Shown in pieces: positions 61,401-64,000 of a DNA stretch of 64,000 bases; position 1 is the first letter of the stretch, and every line of letters starts with the position of its first letter. The notes beneath the pieces are model-generated. The model ran no database searches. It worked only from the letters and a program-made list of their open reading frames with translations, and had not been told where the DNA came from. The DNA lies in the IMG/VR virus record IMGVR_UViG_3300038829_000114; one strand, written 5' to 3'. Position numbers and translations under genes: made by a program. This DNA comes from a virus (Duplodnaviria > Heunggongvirae > Uroviricota > Caudoviricetes).

Positions 61401-61748
61401 TCAAGAGTTGATGTCTATAGACTGGGTGTGCGATAATAACTCCTGAAAAACCTTATAAACAAGATGTCTTACGTCTTTGCTAATGAACTCCAGCTCAAGT
61501 TGTGGGAGCCTAACCTCTAAGTTATTCTCATAGAGAAACTCCAAGTCAATTTTATAACGATTATCTCCAATATCGATATAGATAGTAAATAGTGATTCCC
61601 CGCCTATATCTTTGGTGGCATAAACTAGTTCAGAACTGTTGTTTTTCAGTTCTGCTACCAACTGGTCTCTAAAGAACGCAGCAGCGAGTTGGTTATACTG
61701 AGTGGTTAATAATCCAATATCAAGGGCAATGTTCTCAAATTTTTCCAT
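61401..61748 (-). CDS. hypothetical protein
   Basis: ORF followed by the terminator. Confidence 0.5.
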   Translation of the reverse strand: MEKFENIALDIGLLTTQYNQLAAAFFRDQLVAELKNNSSELVYATKDIGGESLFTIYIDIGDNRYKIDLEFLYENNLEVRLPQLELEFISKDVRHLVYKVFQELLSHTQSIDINS

Positions 61749-61815
61749 TTAATCCTCCACAGGTGGTATTAACACACTTATGTGGATTTAGAGACAATAA
61801 ACACTATACTAAGAT

Positions 61816-62172
61816 ATGGCCAAAGCTAAAAAACCAGTAAAAAATAAGCTAAAAGAAGAGTCTTTTGAAGTTAAAAAAGTAATACCTAAAGATATATATC
61901 ATAAGGCCCTGTGTTGGATAGCTATTTTGTCTCTAACGGTTGTGTGTATTAATCAACAAATGGATATAAACGACTTGAAGATGGGCATGTCTTACCTAGT
62001 ATTAAGAGACACAGATATCCAACTGAAAATGACCACAAATGATGAGTGGATGGCTGGGGCAGAGGGTGCTATATTCGTTTTAAATGAAAAACTAACTGTA
62101 CAAGAATCTTTAATGCAAGCAATAGCTGGGCAACTGGCAGGAGACTATGATGGTAAAAAAGATACCAAGTAA
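61816..62172 (+). CDS. hypothetical protein
   Basis: ORF. Confidence 0.5.
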   Translation: MAKAKKPVKNKLKEESFEVKKVIPKDIYHKALCWIAILSLTVVCINQQMDINDLKMGMSYLVLRDTDIQLKMTTNDEWMAGAEGAIFVLNEKLTVQESLMQAIAGQLAGDYDGKKDTK

Positions 62173-62374
62173 AGCTGATACCGTATCAGTACAACGTTTT
62201 AAGTGTTTTCAAGCCCCTAACATGGTTTCCTTAGAGAAATCATTAAATGGATGGTTAGAGACTAATCCATACGTATTTAATGTGAATGTTACAATGGGTG
62301 TGGCTGACAACATGTTTGGCGCAATACTCCACTATAGTGACCTAGTTGAAACCAAAGAACCGGTGAGCAACTGA
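62147..62374 (+). CDS. hypothetical protein
   Basis: ORF. Confidence 0.45.
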   Translation: MMVKKIPSKADTVSVQRFKCFQAPNMVSLEKSLNGWLETNPYVFNVNVTMGVADNMFGAILHYSDLVETKEPVSN

Positions 62375-62375
62375 T

Positions 62376-62717
62376 ATGAACGAGGATATCCCGACACAAG
62401 CAGTCTCTATAATAACAAAAGACAAGACTGTTACAAATGATGAGAATGCTTCTACAACAACTGGTGTCGAGGTTAACGTTCCATCAGTAAAAAAACCAAC
62501 AGCTTTGGAGAGAGTAACAGCGTTTCTTAACGACCCTAATACCAAGCCAGAGGACGTACAAAACCTATCTCCGGAAGATAGGAGTATTTTAGGGAGACTA
62601 GTAGGGCTTGGAATGCGGAAGACTCACCAAAAGCCTAAGAATTGGGCAAAAAAGAAACGTGACAAACGAAAAGCGCAACGTAGAGCCAGAAAAACACAGC
62701 GGGCACATAGAAAATAG
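62376..62717 (+). CDS. hypothetical protein with a highly basic C-terminal tail
   Basis: …KKKRDKRKAQRRARKTQRAHRK. Confidence 0.5.
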   Translation: MNEDIPTQAVSIITKDKTVTNDENASTTTGVEVNVPSVKKPTALERVTAFLNDPNTKPEDVQNLSPEDRSILGRLVGLGMRKTHQKPKNWAKKKRDKRKAQRRARKTQRAHRK

Positions 62718-62776
62718 ACTGTTTTTGACAAAAGTGTCTCTATTTGTTATCATATAGCAGTAGAGGATTGAAAAAA

Positions 62777-63127
62777 ATGGGTAGAACACATAGAGAAATT
62801 GAGGAAGTAATCCAACAGGTTTCTTATAAAAATTGGCGATTTATCGTAGGGTGCGACCTGGGCGGAAGAGATTATCTACAGGTTTCATGGCAGGGAGAAG
62901 ACGTTACATCCGGAATTATCACAGAACAAAAAAGTAGAAAATGGTGGTTATCTCCACACATGACTAATACCGAATTGGTTACTACTGCATATAAAGCTGT
63001 GATGGCTGCGGAAGAGCACGAGGTCAGAGAGTACTTTCGCTATAAAGGGGCACAGGTGTTTAACCCACATTTTGACGTAGACGAGCTAGTCCAGTTTTCG
63101 AAAACCGTAAGATTAGATTCGAGGTAA
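62777..63127 (+). CDS. hypothetical protein
   Basis: RBS GAGGATTGAAAAAAATG places the start at 62777. Confidence 0.5.
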   Translation: MGRTHREIEEVIQQVSYKNWRFIVGCDLGGRDYLQVSWQGEDVTSGIITEQKSRKWWLSPHMTNTELVTTAYKAVMAAEEHEVREYFRYKGAQVFNPHFDVDELVQFSKTVRLDSR

Positions 63128-63131
63128 TATT

Positions 63132-63830
63132 ATGTTAGATGTTAGGAATATGTTAGATTTGCTTGAAGTAAATACCCATCGGGTAGGTTTAAATTCCATA
63201 GTTGGCCAACCAAATTCTGGTAAATCAACACTAGCAATGCGATTGGCTATTAATTATGCGGCTGAATACGGTGTCAACACAGCCTTCTGTTCTTCAGAAT
63301 CTACCTTAGAGAATTTTGAGAGTGAGGTCCACGCTTATAACATGAACTATATCGGAGATAATAAAGATCGTGCGGCTGTCTGTAATAGGCTCCATTTTTG
63401 GGGAAGTTTAGAGACAACTCTAAACGGACTCCCAGATTTCGACTTTTTCTCATTACATGGTAGGCTGGGTGTTCATAAGATTGGCTGCGTATTTATAGAC
63501 GGTAACCAATCAGGGTCACTGCTCTATGATACAAATGTCGAAAACGTTGAGTTTTTATGTTCTAGATACACAGTTTGGGTGGTTAACCAACAGAGTAGAA
63601 TTCCGGTAGAGATTGACAAAGATACTATTCGTCGGCATACTGTCTCATTAACATCAAAAATGAATTATGTTTATCAAGTAGAGAAAGCGTATCAAAGTGA
63701 CGGTATAGTTGTATCAGCATTAAAAAACCGTTCGGGCAGAGCATTACGTGTTAGTCTTGAACGAGATGTTTTTGAACATAGAAAAGAAGGAACATCGTAC
63801 CGGCTAAAATCTTTAGTGGGTATAGAATGA
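63132..63830 (+). CDS. RecA/DnaB-superfamily P-loop ATPase
   Basis: Walker A GQPNSGKST, Walker B-like VFIDGNQ, Arg-finger-like KNRSGRA. Confidence 0.55.
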   Translation: MLDVRNMLDLLEVNTHRVGLNSIVGQPNSGKSTLAMRLAINYAAEYGVNTAFCSSESTLENFESEVHAYNMNYIGDNKDRAAVCNRLHFWGSLETTLNGLPDFDFFSLHGRLGVHKIGCVFIDGNQSGSLLYDTNVENVEFLCSRYTVWVVNQQSRIPVEIDKDTIRRHTVSLTSKMNYVYQVEKAYQSDGIVVSALKNRSGRALRVSLERDVFEHRKEGTSYRLKSLVGIE

Positions 63831-64000
63831 CCACAGTAATAGCAATAAAAGACAAAAAAACGGTTTACATTGGATCAGATTCACAAGCTACTTCTGGCGA
63901 TGTTTATCACGAGCTTGGGTATGCAAAAGTTTTTGAGCAAGGGCCATTAATCGTGGGTTTTTCTGGTAGTTTAAGAGCACCAAATGTTTTAATACATGGG
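63827..64000 (+). CDS. HslV / proteasome-beta-like peptidase, 3'-partial at the window edge
   Basis: MTTVIAIKDKKTVYIGSDSQATSGD…VGFSGS parallels the HslV N-terminus, including Thr1. Confidence 0.6.
   Translation, partial: MTTVIAIKDKKTVYIGSDSQATSGDVYHELGYAKVFEQGPLIVGFSGSLRAPNVLIHG

Overview
This 64-kb window looks like a gene-dense segment of a large tailed (possibly jumbo-class) bacteriophage, almost entirely coding and mostly on the + strand. Positions 1–21 kb are an early-gene-like array of about 60 very small ORFs. Most are preceded by the same set of signals: an extended −10 box TGTTACAAT/TGTTATACT, an RBS TTGAAAGGA 8–11 nt before the ATG, and inverted-repeat hairpins built from TAATAGAGACAC…GTGTCTCTATAG. 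I count four tRNA genes: tRNA(CAT) at 2714, tRNA-Leu(TAA) at 15629, and a tandem tRNA-Arg(TCT)/tRNA-Arg(CCT) pair at 42487–42630. Several promoter-to-terminator-bounded noncoding units may be ncRNAs or long leaders. Recognisable proteins include: three HNH homing endonucleases, a SprT-like protease, a small HD-domain (p)ppGpp hydrolase, two HAD phosphatases, a ParB-like nuclease, a protein-kinase-like protein, an SPFH lipoprotein, YqhA, an RlmN/Cfr-like radical-SAM methyltransferase, a DUF1399 protein with a Cys/Gly tail, and T4 RnlA-like and Rnl2-like RNA ligases. Also present are a radical-SAM/SPASM + TilS-like operon, an SNF2 helicase (− strand) interrupted by an intein, an AdoMetDC, a nucleoside-deoxyribosyltransferase-like protein, a Tat-signal protein, a RadC/JAB protease, a RecA/DnaB-like ATPase, and an HslV-like protease truncated at the window end. 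The most unusual things are: (1) a modular homing-endonuclease gene nested out of frame inside the intein while the intein frame stays open; (2) a promoter-driven operon of small protein + radical SAM/SPASM + lysidine-synthetase-like PP-loop enzyme, alongside a phage tRNA(CAT) with tRNA-Ile2-like acceptor determinants; (3) a TAGACACTGACTA gene-junction motif that replaces a Shine-Dalgarno sequence in front of a cluster of small genes; (4) a C-depleted compositional island (20.7–25.2 kb) carrying paralogues and a 24-nt tandem coding repeat. Domain calls are from motif recognition by eye and were not checked against any database.
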